A stretch of 64,000 bases of DNA, from the NCBI GenBank assembly GCA_964016885.1, contig OZ024752.1, forward strand, positions 18,414,001 to 18,478,000, read 5' to 3'. Both the position numbers and the translations under genes were made by a program. The DNA comes from Eledone cirrhosa (Eukaryota). Of the stretch, positions 62,001-64,000 are shown one piece after another; position 1 is the stretch's first letter, and the number at the start of each line of letters is the position of its first letter. The notes under the pieces are model-generated. The model was not told the DNA's origin and did no database searches. It saw only the letters and a program-made list of their open reading frames with translations.

Positions 62001-64000
62001 TCTAACACTAGAGATGTATTACAGTGTTAACTGTTCACTACCAGTGAACTGAGGTAACACCCCTTATCTCAGCTTCTAACACTAGAGATGTATTACAGTG
62101 TTAACTGTTCACTACCAGTGAACTGAGGTAACACCCCTTATCTCAGCTTCTAACACTGGAGATGTATTACAGTGTTAACTGTTCACTACCAGTTAACTGA
62201 GGTTACACCCCTTATCTCAGCTTCTAATGCTGGAGGTGTATTACAGTGTTAACTGTTCACTACCAGTGAACTGAGGTAACACCCCTTATCTCAGCTTCTA
62301 ATGCTGGAGATGTATTACAGTGTTAGCTGTTCACTACCAGTGAACTGAGGTAACATCCCTTATCTCAGCTTCTAACACTAGAGATGTATTACAGTGTTAA
62401 CTGTTCACTACCAGTGAACTGAGGTAACACCCCTTATCTCAGCTTCTAATGCTGGAGATGTATTACAGCGTTAACTGTTCACTACCAGTGAACTGAGGTA
62501 ACACCCCTTATCTCAGCATCTCACACTAGATATGTATTTAAGTGTTAACTGTTCACTACCAGTGAACTGAGGTAACACCCCTTATCTCAGCTTCTAACAC
62601 TAGAGATGTATTACAGTGTTAACTGTTCACTACCAGTGAACTGAGGTAACACCCCTTATCTCAGCTTCTAACACTGGAGATGTATTACAGTGTTAGCTGT
62701 TCACTACCAGTGAACTGAGGTAACACCCCTTATCTCAGCTTCTAACACTGGAGATGTATTACAGTGTTAACTGTTCACTACCAGTGAACTGAGGTAACAC
62801 CCCTTATCTCAGCTTCTAACACTGGAGATGTATTACAGTGTTAGTTGTTCACTACCAGTGAACTGAGGTAACACCCCTTATCTCAGCTTCTAATGCTGGA
62901 GATGTATTACAGCGTTAACTGTTCACTACAAGTGAACTGAGGTAACACCCCTTATCTCAGCTTCTAACACTGGAGATGTATTACAGTGTTAATTGTTCAC
63001 TACCAGTGAACTGAGGTAACACCCCTTATCTCAGCTTCTAATGCTGGAGATGTATTACAGCGTTAACTGTTCACTACCAGTGAACTGAGGTTACACCCCT
63101 TATCTCAGCTTCTAACACTAGAGATGTATTACAGTGTTAACTGTTCACTACCAGTGAACTGAGGTAACACCCCTTATCTCAGCTTCTAACACTAGAGATG
63201 TATTACAGCGTTAACTGTTCACTACCAGTGAACTGAGGTTACACCCCTTATCTCAGCTTCTAACACTGGAGATGTATTACAGTGTTAACTGTTCACTACC
63301 AGTGAACTGAGGTAACATCCCTTATCTCAGCTTCTAACACTAGAGATGTATTACAGTGTTAACTGTTCACTACCAGTGAACTGAGGTAACACCCCTTATC
63401 TCAGCTTCTAATGCTGGAGATGTATTACAGTGTTAGCTGTTCAATACCAGTGGACTGAGGTAACACCCCTTATCTCAGCTTCTAACACTAGTGATGTATT
63501 ACAGTGTTAACTGTTCACTACCAGTGAACTGAGGTAACACCCCTTATCTCAGCTTCTAACACTGGAGATGTATTACAGTGTTAACTGTTTACTACCAGTG
63601 AACTGAGGTAACACCCCTTATCTCAGCTTCTAATGCTGGAGATGTATTACAGTTTTAAGTGTTCACTACCCGTGAACTGAGGTAACAACCCTTATCTCAG
63701 CTTCTAACACTAGAGATGTATTACAGTGTTAACTGTTCACTACAAGTGAACTGAGGTAACACCCCTTATCTCAGCTTTTAACACTGGAGATGTATTACAG
63801 TGTTAGCTGTTCACTACCAGTGAACTGAGGTAACACCCCTTATCTCAGCTTCTAACACTGGAGATGTATTACAGTGTTAACTGTTCACTACCAGTGAACT
63901 GAGGTAACACCCCTTATCTCAGCTTCTAACACTGGAGATGTATTACAGTGTTAACTGTTCACTACCAGTGAACTGAGGTAACACCCCTTATCTCAGCTTC
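56088..64000. repeat. 74-bp satellite array, ~107 monomers in window, truncated by the window end; consensus TTACAGTGTTAACTGTTCACTACCAGTGAACTGAGGTAACACCCCTTATCTCAGCTTCTAACACTRGAGATGTA
   Basis: Continuous tandem array with period 74 (e.g. 56101 to 56175); no ORFs in the track. Confidence 0.99.

Noticed and set aside
56088-64000. CRISPR array or tandem tRNA gene cluster
   Set aside because: No unique spacers and a eukaryotic context; no Pol III A/B boxes or canonical 7-nt anticodon/T loops.

Overview
AT-rich, repeat-dominated animal (eukaryotic) genomic DNA. The SINE/RTE/Penelope repertoire looks like an octopus/coleoid cephalopod, but that is an inference. From left to right: a decayed RTE LINE; a cluster of Helitrons, one of them an internally deleted RepHel copy interrupted by a non-autonomous tRNA-Trp-primed LTR element with a CAAC target duplication; a 22.5-kb array of a 39-bp satellite with higher-order blocks, which explains all the long repetitive ORFs; and a 30.7-45 kb zone of long inverted repeats (Penelope remnants, minimal hammerhead ribozymes, a Gypsy integrase relic, and two 8-bp-TSD Merlin-like foldback elements, the larger carrying what looks like the first coding exon of host RMND5/GID2 in both arms). 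Next come RTE debris and one apparently intact spliced host gene (5 coding exons, 376 aa, DEATH + SEFIR, Act1/CIKS-like IL-17 adaptor). A 74-bp satellite tiled by four hairpins runs off the right end. Most notable: the RMND5-exon-carrying foldback transposon, a primer-binding site extended past tRNA A58 with a mismatch exactly at A58, the hammerhead ribozymes, and the structure-preserving variation of the 74-bp satellite. Family assignments come from motif recognition by eye; no database search was run.
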